Shown here: positions 10,536 through 19,994 of the stretch, piece by piece
How positions within the stretch are numbered: the first letter of the stretch is position 1
How the letters are laid out: every line of letters begins with the position of its first letter
Assembly (NCBI GenBank): GCA_045116295.1
Contig: JBGULQ010000008.1
Location: forward strand, 13,147 to 77,146
Length of the DNA: 64,000 nucleotides
From: Alphaproteobacteria bacterium
Lineage (GTDB): Bacteria; Pseudomonadota; Alphaproteobacteria; RF32; CAG-239
Reading direction: 5' to 3'
Notes under the pieces: model-generated
Databases searched by the model: none
What the model was told of the DNA's origin: nothing
The model's input: only the letters and a program-made list of their open reading frames with translations
Made by a program: the position numbers and the translations under genes

Positions 10536-11805
10536 CTTTTTTTCCTACCGGTCTGGTTTTAACAACGCCGTCAACAAATCGGATATCCAAGCGATGACTG
10601 TGACGGGCATCGTTGACATTGTATATAGTTTTTCCTTGGTCATTTTTAACCCAAGAAAAGCCGCGTTTTAGTACAGATTCTATTGATACTGAGTTAAGGC
10701 GCAAGTTTAAGTTATCTATATAATCAGTTTGTTTTTCAATAATATTTTTTATATATATTGGTTTTATCTCATTTAAGCTGAGCTGATTGTTTTTGACTGC
10801 CAAATAATTGTTAAACGCAAGGTTCAAACGCTCCACTCGATCGTCCAGTTTTTGCACATTATCACTCAAAATTTGTTCAAGATTGGGAATACCGCGAGCC
10901 AGTCCATCAAGCAGATTTTTGTTTTCTGTATATAGGCGGTGGATTGAGTTAATCATGCGGCTACCATGCAACATAAGTTTTGAAGCCAATTCTGATTTTA
11001 CCGGCACAACAAATTCGGCGGCACCGGTCGGTGTCGGAGCACGGACATCAGCAACATAGTCTATCAGCATGGTATCGGTTTCGTGTCCTACGGCAGAAAC
11101 AATTGGAATATCAGAATTATAGACTGAACGAACAACAATTTCTTCATTAAAACACCACAGGTCTTCAAGACTGCCGCCACCACGGGCAACAATCAAAACA
11201 TCGGGGCGAGGTATTGGGCCATTGGGAGAAAGTCGGTTAAATCCCTCAACAGCGGCGGCAATTTGTTCAGCAGCGCCCTCGCCTTGCACCAAAGTCGGCC
11301 AAACAATAATTCGGCACGGAAAACGGTCAGTTACACGGTGGATAATATCACGAATTACCGCGCCGGTCGGACTGGTGACAACACCGATAATTGTCGGCAA
11401 AAACGGTAACGGCTTTTTGTGGGCGGGATCAAACAAGCCCTCTGAAGCAAATTTTTGCTTGCGTTCTTCAAGAAGTTTGAGCAAAGCTCCGGTTCCGGCG
11501 ACTTCGAGTTTTTCGATAACCAATTGGTATGAGCTTTTGCCGGCAAAAGTGGTTATGCGCCCCGTAGCAACGACCTCTAATCCGTCTTCGGGCTTGACTG
11601 CAAGGCTCATAGCCACGCCTTTCCAACAAACAGCGGAAAGAATAGCATTTTCGTCTTTTAGAGAAAGGTAATAATGCCCCGAGTCGGCACGTTTGCAACC
11701 GAAAATTTCACCTTTTACTCTTACTTGAGAAAAAGTGGTTTCAACCATTTTTTTAATGGCGGCAGAGATTTCGGTAACGCTGAATTCAGGCAATTGTTCT
11801 ATCAT
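10501..11805 (-). CDS. xseA: exodeoxyribonuclease VII large subunit
   Basis: 434 aa with an OB-fold N-terminus (VSEISAAIKKMVETTFSQVRVKGEI) and the ARGGGSLEDLWCFNEE motif. Confidence 0.9.
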   Translation of the reverse strand: MIEQLPEFSVTEISAAIKKMVETTFSQVRVKGEIFGCKRADSGHYYLSLKDENAILSAVCWKGVAMSLAVKPEDGLEVVATGRITTFAGKSSYQLVIEKLEVAGTGALLKLLEERKQKFASEGLFDPAHKKPLPFLPTIIGVVTSPTGAVIRDIIHRVTDRFPCRIIVWPTLVQGEGAAEQIAAAVEGFNRLSPNGPIPRPDVLIVARGGGSLEDLWCFNEEIVVRSVYNSDIPIVSAVGHETDTMLIDYVADVRAPTPTGAAEFVVPVKSELASKLMLHGSRMINSIHRLYTENKNLLDGLARGIPNLEQILSDNVQKLDDRVERLNLAFNNYLAVKNNQLSLNEIKPIYIKNIIEKQTDYIDNLNLRLNSVSIESVLKRGFSWVKNDQGKTIYNVNDARHSHRLDIRFVDGVVKTRPVGKKDELQGDLFDNL

Positions 11806-11858
11806 CTTTTATCCTTTATTGCAGATGATAGTATAGTATATATGATAAAATGCAATGC

Positions 11859-11900
11859 AAAAGAGCGTTTTCCCCCGAAAGGAAAAACGCTCTTTTTTTT
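11859..11900 (-). terminator. bidirectional-looking intrinsic terminator downstream of the 320-aa orphan gene
   Basis: The hairpin aaaagagcgttttcc / ggaaaaacgctctttttttt is flanked by A-runs and T-runs. Confidence 0.7.
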
Positions 11901-11913
11901 GAGAGTTAATGGC

Positions 11914-12876
11914 TTATTCCCAATTTAAGAAGAGCTCTGTAAGGGCAGAGGAATTTGCTATAATAAGCTGAATTCGTTCACCTTTCCAAACCTCTCGATC
12001 CTCGTGCTTAAGAATTTCTTTGATGAAATCTATGCTCTCCGTTTGGAGCTTTTGCACGATAATGCTTGTCTCAAGTTTGCCTCCTTTGGCTGCATACTTT
12101 TTGTATTGCTCCAATGTTAGTCGGCTCTGCTGACAGTGGTGCACAGCACTTTTAAGATCGTTACGAAGCTTTTCATCATTCATACCAAATACTTTTGTCA
12201 TGGTGGACTGGAATGCCCCATGTTTTTTGACACAAGCCCACACGACTGGATATAATCGGTAATCAAGAAGAAGATTAACCGCTTCTTCACTCGGAGTTTT
12301 CTTTGTGAAGTAACTCGTAAGGAGCCTCTCTTTCTGCGCACACTTTTCTTGGAGAATTTTCTCAAGTGTCGACAAGTCGATATTGATACCTTTCTCCGTA
12401 AAAAGAGGTAATGTTTCTAAACAAGCTACCTCGGCTTGGGCCTCCTTACTCATACTATCGAGTTTGTATGCATCAGGAGCTTCTTTGAAGTATTTGACCT
12501 GACTTTTCACAGGCCAATAGCTCAAGCAATGGGTTGAAGCTGCCATGTACTTCCTTTTGGCAAACCATGGCAGGAACTTGAATAGCCCATTCTCCATGAC
12601 GGTGAAGATAGCATTGAGAGGGGAAAACACCTCGTTATCCATCACCTCAGTGTTCCACTCATTATTTTTTGCATATGTTTTGGGAATTACTGTTCCCCAA
12701 AGCAGGAACGCAATGGGATTATCCCAAAAGAGAAGAGCAACAATGTAGATCGCCACAATTGCCAGCCCTCCAAAAATGCAACCGAGGGTGAGTAAAGTCC
12801 ATCCACAAGCATTCTGCACCGTTTCTTTTTTAAAAAACTTCTTAACTCTCGTTTTAAAATTGTTGTTTGTTGCCAT
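11914..12876 (-). CDS. orphan membrane-anchored hypothetical protein
   Basis: 320 aa. It has two N-terminal TM helices (WTLLTLGCIFGGLAIVAIYIVALLFW..) and then a helical soluble domain. I recognise no family. Confidence 0.55.
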   Translation of the reverse strand: MATNNNFKTRVKKFFKKETVQNACGWTLLTLGCIFGGLAIVAIYIVALLFWDNPIAFLLWGTVIPKTYAKNNEWNTEVMDNEVFSPLNAIFTVMENGLFKFLPWFAKRKYMAASTHCLSYWPVKSQVKYFKEAPDAYKLDSMSKEAQAEVACLETLPLFTEKGINIDLSTLEKILQEKCAQKERLLTSYFTKKTPSEEAVNLLLDYRLYPVVWACVKKHGAFQSTMTKVFGMNDEKLRNDLKSAVHHCQQSRLTLEQYKKYAAKGGKLETSIIVQKLQTESIDFIKEILKHEDREVWKGERIQLIIANSSALTELFLNWE

Positions 12877-13177
12877 AATGAATAATTTTTAATGGCTGTC
12901 CTATCTCCATCGGAACAAATTTGGCTAAGTTGTCAGGGAGACACAAAAATGTGCTGACAACTGTCTACTTTTAGACCACGTTATGTAAGCCAAAAATACA
13001 ACCATTGGAGAAGCAGAACTTTCACAACAATTTCATTTCAACTAATAATAACCATATCTATACGTAAACAAGGTTAGTATATCACTTTTTGGGGGTTTTG
13101 TCAAATATTACCGTATAACTTTTTTTGCTTGCGAAAGTTTATATTTGCTCTATATTGTGGGCAATAATGAGGAAAAA

Positions 13178-14221
13178 ATGGTAGAAGTCGTAACATTGGG
13201 CTGTAGAATAAACAGCTTTGAGTCCGAAATTTTGAAAGAAAAGTTCAAAGACGTTGATAATCTGGTGATTGTCAACACCTGCGCCGTGACCGGTGAGGCA
13301 GAACGTCAATGCCGTCAAACAGTTCGCAAATTGCGTAAACAGTACCCCGAAGCACGAATTGTGGTTACTGGGTGTGCAGCTCAAGTTAATGCCGAGGCTT
13401 TTGATAAAATGCCGGAGGTTGATTTGGTGTTGGGCAATAAGGAAAAAACCGCTCTTGAACAATACCTCAAAGGCGAGCTGAGTGAAAAGACCATTGTCGG
13501 CGATATTATGAGCTATGACGGCTATGATGATTATATAATTACCGGTTTTGAAGGACGGCAACGGGCGTTTGTGCAAATTCAGCAAGGATGTAATCATCGC
13601 TGTACTTATTGCATTGTGCCGTTTGCCCGCGGGAAAAACCGTTCGGTGCCGGCTGAACAGGTCTTAAAACAAATACGCACCCTGCTCGACCAAGGTTTTG
13701 AAGAAATATGCCTGACCGGTGTTGATGTATGCTCGTATCAGCCGTCGTTCAGCGGTTTAGTGCGCCAGATTTTAGAAACATTTGACGATTTGCCGTCTTT
13801 GCAGTTTGGTTCGCTTGATCCGGCGGCAATTGATGATGAATTTGTTGAATTGGTAGCAAAATATAAGAATATTCAGCCAATGTTTCATTTTTCTATTCAA
13901 TCCGGCGATGATACGGTACTAAAACGCATGGGGCGCAGACACCGCCGGCAAGATGTTATCGATTTGTGCAACAAACTGCGCAAAGCCCGACCGGAGGCGG
14001 TGTTTGGGGCTGATTTTATCTGCGGTTTTCCAACTGAAGAAGACGAAAATTTTGCCAATACGCTAAAGTTGGTTGATGAGGCAGGAATTTCTAAGCTCCA
14101 TGTTTTTCCGTATTCGGAACGACCGGGGACGGCGGCAGCAAGGTTGCCTCAGGTAGATGTTGAAATAAGGCGCGAAAGAGCTCGGATTTTGCGTGAAAAA
14201 GGAGATAATAGCGATGAGTAA
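13178..14221 (+). CDS. mtaB: MiaB-like radical-SAM methylthiotransferase (MtaB type), apparently lacking the TRAM domain
   Basis: The ATG at 13178 follows GAGGA. The protein has VTLGCRINSFESE (the MTTase N domain) and the CNHRCTYCIVP radical-SAM cluster motif. It ends shortly after PYSERPGTAAA and overlaps ftsY. Confidence 0.8.
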   Translation: MVEVVTLGCRINSFESEILKEKFKDVDNLVIVNTCAVTGEAERQCRQTVRKLRKQYPEARIVVTGCAAQVNAEAFDKMPEVDLVLGNKEKTALEQYLKGELSEKTIVGDIMSYDGYDDYIITGFEGRQRAFVQIQQGCNHRCTYCIVPFARGKNRSVPAEQVLKQIRTLLDQGFEEICLTGVDVCSYQPSFSGLVRQILETFDDLPSLQFGSLDPAAIDDEFVELVAKYKNIQPMFHFSIQSGDDTVLKRMGRRHRRQDVIDLCNKLRKARPEAVFGADFICGFPTEEDENFANTLKLVDEAGISKLHVFPYSERPGTAAARLPQVDVEIRRERARILREKGDNSDE

Positions 14222-15131
14222 CTGGCTGAATCGTTTGGGATTAGGCTTGAAAAAGTCGTCTTCTAAGCTGACGGACGGCATAAGCGGGATTTTTACCAAA
14301 AAGAAACTTGATGCCTCTACTTTGGAAGAGTTGGAAGAACTTTTAATCAGCTCGGATATGGGAGTTAAGACCTCGGCCAAAATTGTTGCTACATTCGGCG
14401 AAAATCGGCAGGATAAGGACATAAGCGAAGAAGAAATAAAGACAAAATTGGCTGAAGAAATTGAAAAGATTTTGCTACCATGCCAGAAATCTCTCGAAAT
14501 AGATAGTAATCAAAAGCCGTTTGTTATTTTAATGATTGGCGTCAATGGTGCCGGCAAGACAACAACTATCGGTAAATTGGCGCAAAAATTAAAGCTTCAG
14601 GGTAGAAAGGTTTCGCTGATTGCAGCTGACACGTTCAGAGCGGCGGCAGTTGAACAATTGCAGGTTTGGGGAGAGCGTGCTGATGTCAGAGTTTTTGCCG
14701 GTCCTAACGGTTGCGACAGTGCAGGACTGTGCTATGACGGACTGGCTCAGGCAATAAAAGCCGGAGATGATGTGGTGTTTATTGATACTGCCGGACGTTT
14801 GCAAAACAAAAGCGGTCTGATGGACGAACTGAAGAAAATTGATAAAGTTATAAAGAAGATTATCCCCACGGCACCACATGCCACGATTTTGACGTTAGAT
14901 GCGACCAATGGGCAAAATGCCATGGCGCAGGTAGAGATATTCGGCGAGGCGTTGAAAGTTGACGGCTTGGTTATGACAAAGCTTGATGGAACGGCAAAAG
15001 GCGGGATTTTGGCAGCAATCGCTGACGAGCACCCTACTCCGGTGTTTTATATCGGCGTGGGCGAAAGCATTGAGGATTTGAACGAGTTCAACGCGCACGA
15101 GTTTGCAAAAAGTTTGTTGGGTGTGGAATAG
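14214..15131 (+). CDS. ftsY: signal recognition particle receptor
   Basis: MSNWLNRLGLGLKKSS.. N-terminus with GVNGAGKTTTIGKLA, DTAGR and TKLDGTAKGG SRP-GTPase motifs. Confidence 0.95.
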   Translation: MSNWLNRLGLGLKKSSSKLTDGISGIFTKKKLDASTLEELEELLISSDMGVKTSAKIVATFGENRQDKDISEEEIKTKLAEEIEKILLPCQKSLEIDSNQKPFVILMIGVNGAGKTTTIGKLAQKLKLQGRKVSLIAADTFRAAAVEQLQVWGERADVRVFAGPNGCDSAGLCYDGLAQAIKAGDDVVFIDTAGRLQNKSGLMDELKKIDKVIKKIIPTAPHATILTLDATNGQNAMAQVEIFGEALKVDGLVMTKLDGTAKGGILAAIADEHPTPVFYIGVGESIEDLNEFNAHEFAKSLLGVE

Positions 15132-15268
15132 CTACATACAAAAATATGTCGAAAAATTAGGCATCTATATGATTTTGCACAATTATATTTAATCCTTGCA
15201 TACATAATATTTATGTTATAACATCACGGCAAATTGTTGAAAGTTAAACCTATTTGTGATGGAATATT

Positions 15269-17485
15269 ATGCAACCTAAAATTTCGGTGATTGTACCTGT
15301 ATATAATGTTGAAGAATATTTGCCTCAATGTTTGGACAGTTTGATTAATCAAACACTAAAAGATATTGAAATCATTTGTGTTAATGACGGTTCCACAGAT
15401 AACTGTCTGGAAATTTTACAAGCTTTTGCTGAGCGAGATAATAGGATCAAGGTTATTGACCAAGAAAATAGGGGGCAAGGTATTGCCAGAAATAGAGGTA
15501 TTGATTTAGCTAGAGGGGAATATATCGGCTTTGTTGATCCAGATGATTGGGTTATTAACGAGATGTACGCAGAGATGTATAACAAGGCAATTACACTAAA
15601 TTCTGATATTGTAATATGTAATAGTGTCAGAAAGCAGTACAATGGACACTCTTGGAAAATAAACTATATGATAAAGGCAGTGTCAAAAACTTGTAATAAA
15701 GAGATAAAAGTAGATGAAAATAGAAATATTGAGAAGTCGGTAATTTATGACACATTAATGATTGCACCACATCATGCGTGGAATAAAATATATAAGGCGA
15801 GTTTGATAAAAGAAAATAAGATTAGATTTTCAGATTTAAGATGTTTTGAAGATTGTATCTTTGTACTAAAATCTTTAATAGAGGCTGAAAGAGTTTCTTA
15901 TATTTCTCAACCATTTTATAAATATATGGTGAGAAAACAGTCTACATCTATAAAGATTAATAATCGTTTTGAATTATTATTAAATGTTATCTCTGAAATG
16001 AAGGAATACTGTGATGAAAAACATTTGACAAATGAGTTACAGTTAAATTTTGATTATTTTTCTGTGATGAATTTTATCTGGACATGGAATAATGTTGATC
16101 GGAAAGAAAAAAAGAAGATGCTAGGAATAGCACGAGAAAAATTGTCTAATGATAATATGAGTGAAATAAGAAGATATCTTAAAATCAGGAAAGTAGATTT
16201 ATTAAAGCGTTTTATGAGATGTTGTTTTTCCGTTACGAATTCTAAAGATAAAAAACGTAAAATCATTAATATATTTGGGTTTAAAATAAAGATAAAGAAA
16301 AGGAATATTCAGGAGAAGAAAGAGCGGCGATTAATAGCTAAAATAAAACATAACCAAAAGAAATATCCAAAAGATAGTTATTTGCTGTTTGATTGTTTGA
16401 ATGGTGACATTAGTGAATGTATAGATGCGTATTCATTGTTCAGATACATGCGTGGTGTTGGTAAAAAAGCATATTATGTTATTATGAAAGAACATCCTCT
16501 CTATAAACAGTTGGAGAAGGAAAATAATCTTGAGGGTATAATTGCTCTTGAAAAATCAATGAAAGATAATCCTGGAGATTTTTTAGAAAGAGTATATGAA
16601 ATACTGCTTAGTTCAAAAGCCATAATTACGGCGTTTGATGTATATTCTGGTAAAAGTAGACGCTTTATTAAGAAAAACAAATATTGGCAATACATATTTA
16701 TCCAGCATGGTCCAACTTTTTTGAAAGAGACCGTATTGCAAAATGGATACATATCTGAGAATAAATGGGATAGAATTCTTATTTCTTCAGAATACGAAAA
16801 GCGTGCATTGAAAAAATATGGTTGGCAAGATGAAAAAATGATAAAAATTGGATTGCCACGTTGGGATTTGCTGCAAGCACCCCTCTCATCAACTGAGAGA
16901 AGTATATTTGTCATGTTTACATGGAGACGATTTGGACGAGAGGAATTTGATCATTCTTTGTATAAAGAGAATTTATTAAAGATGTTGTATAATGAAAAAT
17001 TACATAACTACCTAAAACAACATAATATAAAAGTTTATTTTGCTCCTCATCATTCATTAATGGGGCTGAGAGGCATAAGTTTCTCTCCATCTACTGAAAA
17101 TGTGATTTGCGTCGATCCTAATGAATGTTCAAAATATATTCGAAAATGTTCCATGCTTATTACTGACTACTCTAGTGTTACTTTTGACTTTATGTTTCAA
17201 AATAAGCCTGTTATTTTATATTTGTTGGATAAAAATGATAAAAATTTAAATAAATGGGATAAAGAGGACTTACGACATTTTGAATATAAAAAATATCTTA
17301 TTCCCAACGTTATATTTGACGAGAGTAAACTGATTGAAAAAATAAAATACTATGTTGAACATAATTTTCAATTAGAACCAGATGTACAGTACAAATATGA
17401 TTCTTTTTTTTATACCAAAGATCATATTTGTCAAAGATTAACTAGAGAAATAGATAGTGCATGTGAGAACAACCTAAAACAATAA
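15269..17485 (+). CDS. fusion of a GT2 glycosyltransferase and a CDP-glycerol glycerophosphotransferase (TagF/TarF-like)
   Basis: 738 aa. The N-terminus has ISVIVPVYNVEEYLPQCLDSLINQT..VNDGSTD..DPDD (GT-A/GT2). The C-terminal half has ..YFAPHH..ITDYSSVTFDFMFQNKPVILY.. (Glyphos_transf pattern). The gene is visibly more AT-rich than its neighbours. Confidence 0.75.
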   Translation: MQPKISVIVPVYNVEEYLPQCLDSLINQTLKDIEIICVNDGSTDNCLEILQAFAERDNRIKVIDQENRGQGIARNRGIDLARGEYIGFVDPDDWVINEMYAEMYNKAITLNSDIVICNSVRKQYNGHSWKINYMIKAVSKTCNKEIKVDENRNIEKSVIYDTLMIAPHHAWNKIYKASLIKENKIRFSDLRCFEDCIFVLKSLIEAERVSYISQPFYKYMVRKQSTSIKINNRFELLLNVISEMKEYCDEKHLTNELQLNFDYFSVMNFIWTWNNVDRKEKKKMLGIAREKLSNDNMSEIRRYLKIRKVDLLKRFMRCCFSVTNSKDKKRKIINIFGFKIKIKKRNIQEKKERRLIAKIKHNQKKYPKDSYLLFDCLNGDISECIDAYSLFRYMRGVGKKAYYVIMKEHPLYKQLEKENNLEGIIALEKSMKDNPGDFLERVYEILLSSKAIITAFDVYSGKSRRFIKKNKYWQYIFIQHGPTFLKETVLQNGYISENKWDRILISSEYEKRALKKYGWQDEKMIKIGLPRWDLLQAPLSSTERSIFVMFTWRRFGREEFDHSLYKENLLKMLYNEKLHNYLKQHNIKVYFAPHHSLMGLRGISFSPSTENVICVDPNECSKYIRKCSMLITDYSSVTFDFMFQNKPVILYLLDKNDKNLNKWDKEDLRHFEYKKYLIPNVIFDESKLIEKIKYYVEHNFQLEPDVQYKYDSFFYTKDHICQRLTREIDSACENNLKQ

Positions 17486-17685
17486 ATTTTTCAGCCTACA
17501 TAACACCTACAATCAAATTCTATACTATTTATTTTTAGAATATAAGATTATAAATATACATGTATACAAGTTAACACAAGCTTTTTAATAATTTTATCTA
17601 ATTATTGCATACATAATATTTTATTGTATACATAATATTTTTGTTATAGTACTTGTGGCAGGGTGTTGGTTTGTGGTGAGGTGTT

Positions 17686-18027
17686 ATGCAGCCTAAAGTT
17701 TCGGTAATTGTGCCTGTCTACAATGTTAAAGCGTATTTGCCTCAGTGTTTGGATAGCTTGGTTAATCAAAAGCCTTGCTGTTATATGCTCAAATCCCCAT
17801 CTGATATTGAAAATAAATTTTCTGAACTAGGCAAGCAGTGTCTTGATAACTGTTACATTGCATACAACCAAGAAGAAATACTGGATTTCTTGAACAATGT
17901 AATTGTAAAAGGTATTGATCCTAAGAAGCAAAAGCGCGAACAATTTGCACATGATCGGGTAATGATTAATTATCCTCACGCATCTACAAAGATAATTAGC
18001 GAGATTAAAAACATAGTGCTGAAATAA
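17686..18027 (+). pseudogene. internally deleted duplicate of the upstream GT2/TagF-like gene (N-terminal 28 aa joined to a TagF-type C-terminal tail)
   Basis: MQPKVSVIVPVYNVKAYLPQCLDSLVNQ differs at 4 of 28 residues from the start of the 738-aa gene. It then jumps to ..NQEEILDFLNNVI..DRVMINYPHASTKIISEIKN, a typical TagF C-terminus. The upstream promoter region is also duplicated. Confidence 0.7.
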
Positions 18028-18035
18028 TGTTACAG

Positions 18036-18434
18036 TTATTTCTTCTTCAAATATTCGGGAGAGTAGCCGTGAGGGTGGCGGGCGTGCAGTTTTTCAACAT
18101 TGCGGCGGATTATGTCGTCCATATCAACACCGAGGGCTATGGAAGCGTTGGCCACGTACCAACAAATGTCCCCCAGTTCGTCAATTATTTTTTGGCGGGT
18201 TTCTTCGTTGAAATCTTTGCGGTGGTATTTCAGCTTTTTCCAAAGGTCGGCACACTCACCTGCCTCGCCGGCAAGACCGGCCATGGCGTTGTCAAAGCGG
18301 GCATAATGTCCGCCAAGTTGGTCTGACAACATATGCATGCGCTCAAAACCGGATTGATCGTTGGCACTGTCTTCGCAAGTTACAGAATCGACAAACTTGC
18401 AATATTCTTTGAAAAAATCTTTTGCGTCTGGCAT
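18036..18434 (-). CDS. MazG-like nucleoside triphosphate pyrophosphohydrolase (small all-alpha NTP-PPase)
   Basis: The start is the ATG at 18434, after AAAGAGGTAAAG. The protein has ..GLAGEAGECADLWKK..ELGDICWYV..VEKLHAR, the MazG EEXXE/D-type helical pattern. Confidence 0.7.
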   Translation of the reverse strand: MPDAKDFFKEYCKFVDSVTCEDSANDQSGFERMHMLSDQLGGHYARFDNAMAGLAGEAGECADLWKKLKYHRKDFNEETRQKIIDELGDICWYVANASIALGVDMDDIIRRNVEKLHARHPHGYSPEYLKKK

Positions 18435-18492
18435 CTTTACCTCTTTTTTTGAAATGTGGCTGGCATTCACAAGGAATGACAGCCACAATAAA

Positions 18493-19281
18493 TTAAACCG
18501 CTACCTCGCCGGTCAATTTGCCGTGGCACTGATAGTTTACAAGCTTGAAGTCTTCGTACGTAAACTTGTCAATATCCTTAACATCGGGAGTGATTTCCAT
18601 AGTGGGAAGCGGATAAGGATCGCGGGTAAGCTGAGTTTTTACCTGCTCAAAATGATTGTTGTAGATGTGGGCATTACCAAGCGTGTGAACAAACTCGCCG
18701 GGTTTTAGGCCGCAAACCTGGGCAACCATCATGGTTAACAGCGCATAAGACGCAATGTTGAAGGGAACGCCCAAAAACATGTCGCAACTGCGCTGGTAAA
18801 GCTGACAATTCAGCTTGCCGTCAGGAGTGACATCAAACTGGTAAAAGCAGTGGCACGGTGGCAATTTCATCTGAGGAATTTGCGACGGATTCCAAGCCGA
18901 AACAATCAGACGGCGGTCTTGCGAATCCTTTTTGATGCGCTCAATGACGTCCTTAAGCTGGTCGATTCCCTCGGAATTCCAATTGCGCCACTGGTGGCCG
19001 TAAACCGGACCGAGATCACCGTTTTCATCAGCCCACTCGTCCCAAATGTGAACACCATTGTCTACCAGATATTTAATGTTGGTATTACCTGATATAAGCC
19101 AAAGAAGCTCATAGATTATACCTTTCAAAAATACCTTTTTGGTCGTAACAAGCGGAAAACCTTGGCTCAAGTCAAAACGCATTTGATATCCGAAAACCTT
19201 GCGAGTCCAAATGCCGGTGCGATTGTCTCCATCTTGACCGTTCTCCATAACGTAGCGTAGTGCATCTAAATACTGTTTCAT
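18493..19281 (-). CDS. thyA: thymidylate synthase
   Basis: 262 aa with DRTGIGT-like [17 protein letters not shown] and [18 protein letters not shown] motifs. Confidence 0.95.
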   Translation of the reverse strand: MKQYLDALRYVMENGQDGDNRTGIWTRKVFGYQMRFDLSQGFPLVTTKKVFLKGIIYELLWLISGNTNIKYLVDNGVHIWDEWADENGDLGPVYGHQWRNWNSEGIDQLKDVIERIKKDSQDRRLIVSAWNPSQIPQMKLPPCHCFYQFDVTPDGKLNCQLYQRSCDMFLGVPFNIASYALLTMMVAQVCGLKPGEFVHTLGNAHIYNNHFEQVKTQLTRDPYPLPTMEITPDVKDIDKFTYEDFKLVNYQCHGKLTGEVAV

Positions 19282-19299
19282 TTTTAATCCTTTTTTTAG

Positions 19300-19869
19300 T
19301 TAAACGTTAGTAATTGCTAGAATAATTCTCTTTAATACCGATTGCTCGACAAACTCACCTTTGCGCACCATAACGCGAGTGGCGATGTTGTCTAAATCAA
19401 AATCCGGAAAAATCTGTTTGTATTTTTGATTTAATACATCAATACAGGGGGTTATGTTAACTTCTTTACCTTTTAGGTTAGGATTTATTTCACCTTTATA
19501 AACACAATCGACCACAATATCAGGCATCAATTTTGGGCCGCCGGTCATGAAAAGTTTATAAATCGAGGCTCCGCCCGAAACATAAATATCTTGCTCGAAG
19601 TCTTTGAAAAAGTTGACATCATTAACCACAAAATGATGTTCGGGATCAGTAACCTGATAATTTGTATCAAACGTTAAAACATAAATATTGCGGTCGGGCA
19701 ATGTGCGGTTAGGAAAGCTCTCATAAGTAGACTGTCCGGCAACCACATTTTGATTAGTAGTAATGCGCCGAAAACGTTGAAAATCCGACTTTATATGCCA
19801 TGGAATCTCCGAGCCTATGCCGATGATGTTATCGCCTTCATGGCGGCACCAGATTGCTACTTTGGTCAT
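19300..19869 (-). CDS. folA: dihydrofolate reductase (with an extended C-terminus)
   Basis: 189 aa. It has IGIGSEIPWHIKSDFQRFRRITTNQNVVAGQSTYES and YVSGGASIY, and sits directly next to thyA. Confidence 0.75.
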   Translation of the reverse strand: MTKVAIWCRHEGDNIIGIGSEIPWHIKSDFQRFRRITTNQNVVAGQSTYESFPNRTLPDRNIYVLTFDTNYQVTDPEHHFVVNDVNFFKDFEQDIYVSGGASIYKLFMTGGPKLMPDIVVDCVYKGEINPNLKGKEVNITPCIDVLNQKYKQIFPDFDLDNIATRVMVRKGEFVEQSVLKRIILAITNV

Positions 19870-19994
19870 TTGAAAATCTTTCCTGCAGGTTATAAACTGT
19901 CAGAATTATAGCAATATCTTTTTGCTTTACAAGTTTATCCACCAAGTTATCAGCCGCAAATTGTACTTGAAAATGGTTATAATATGCGGTATAT

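Noticed and set aside
12930-12975. The hairpin gttgtcag-(17 nt)-ctgacaac in the spacer upstream of mtaB, as a possible sRNA or terminator.
   Set aside because: It has a large loop, no adjacent T-run and no second supporting signal. It is more likely an incidental or promoter-region structure.
18027-18326. A 99-aa plus-strand ORF antisense to the MazG-like gene, together with the many other 60-150-aa antisense or shadow ORFs in the track (for example 432..701, 2829..3356, 3951..4340, 13139..13597, 14063..14422, 36838..37140, 39074..39514, 45205..45537 and 63464..63901).
   Set aside because: Each lies fully or largely inside, and opposite to or out of frame with, a longer ORF that carries clear family motifs. 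They have no RBS and low-complexity or odd composition.
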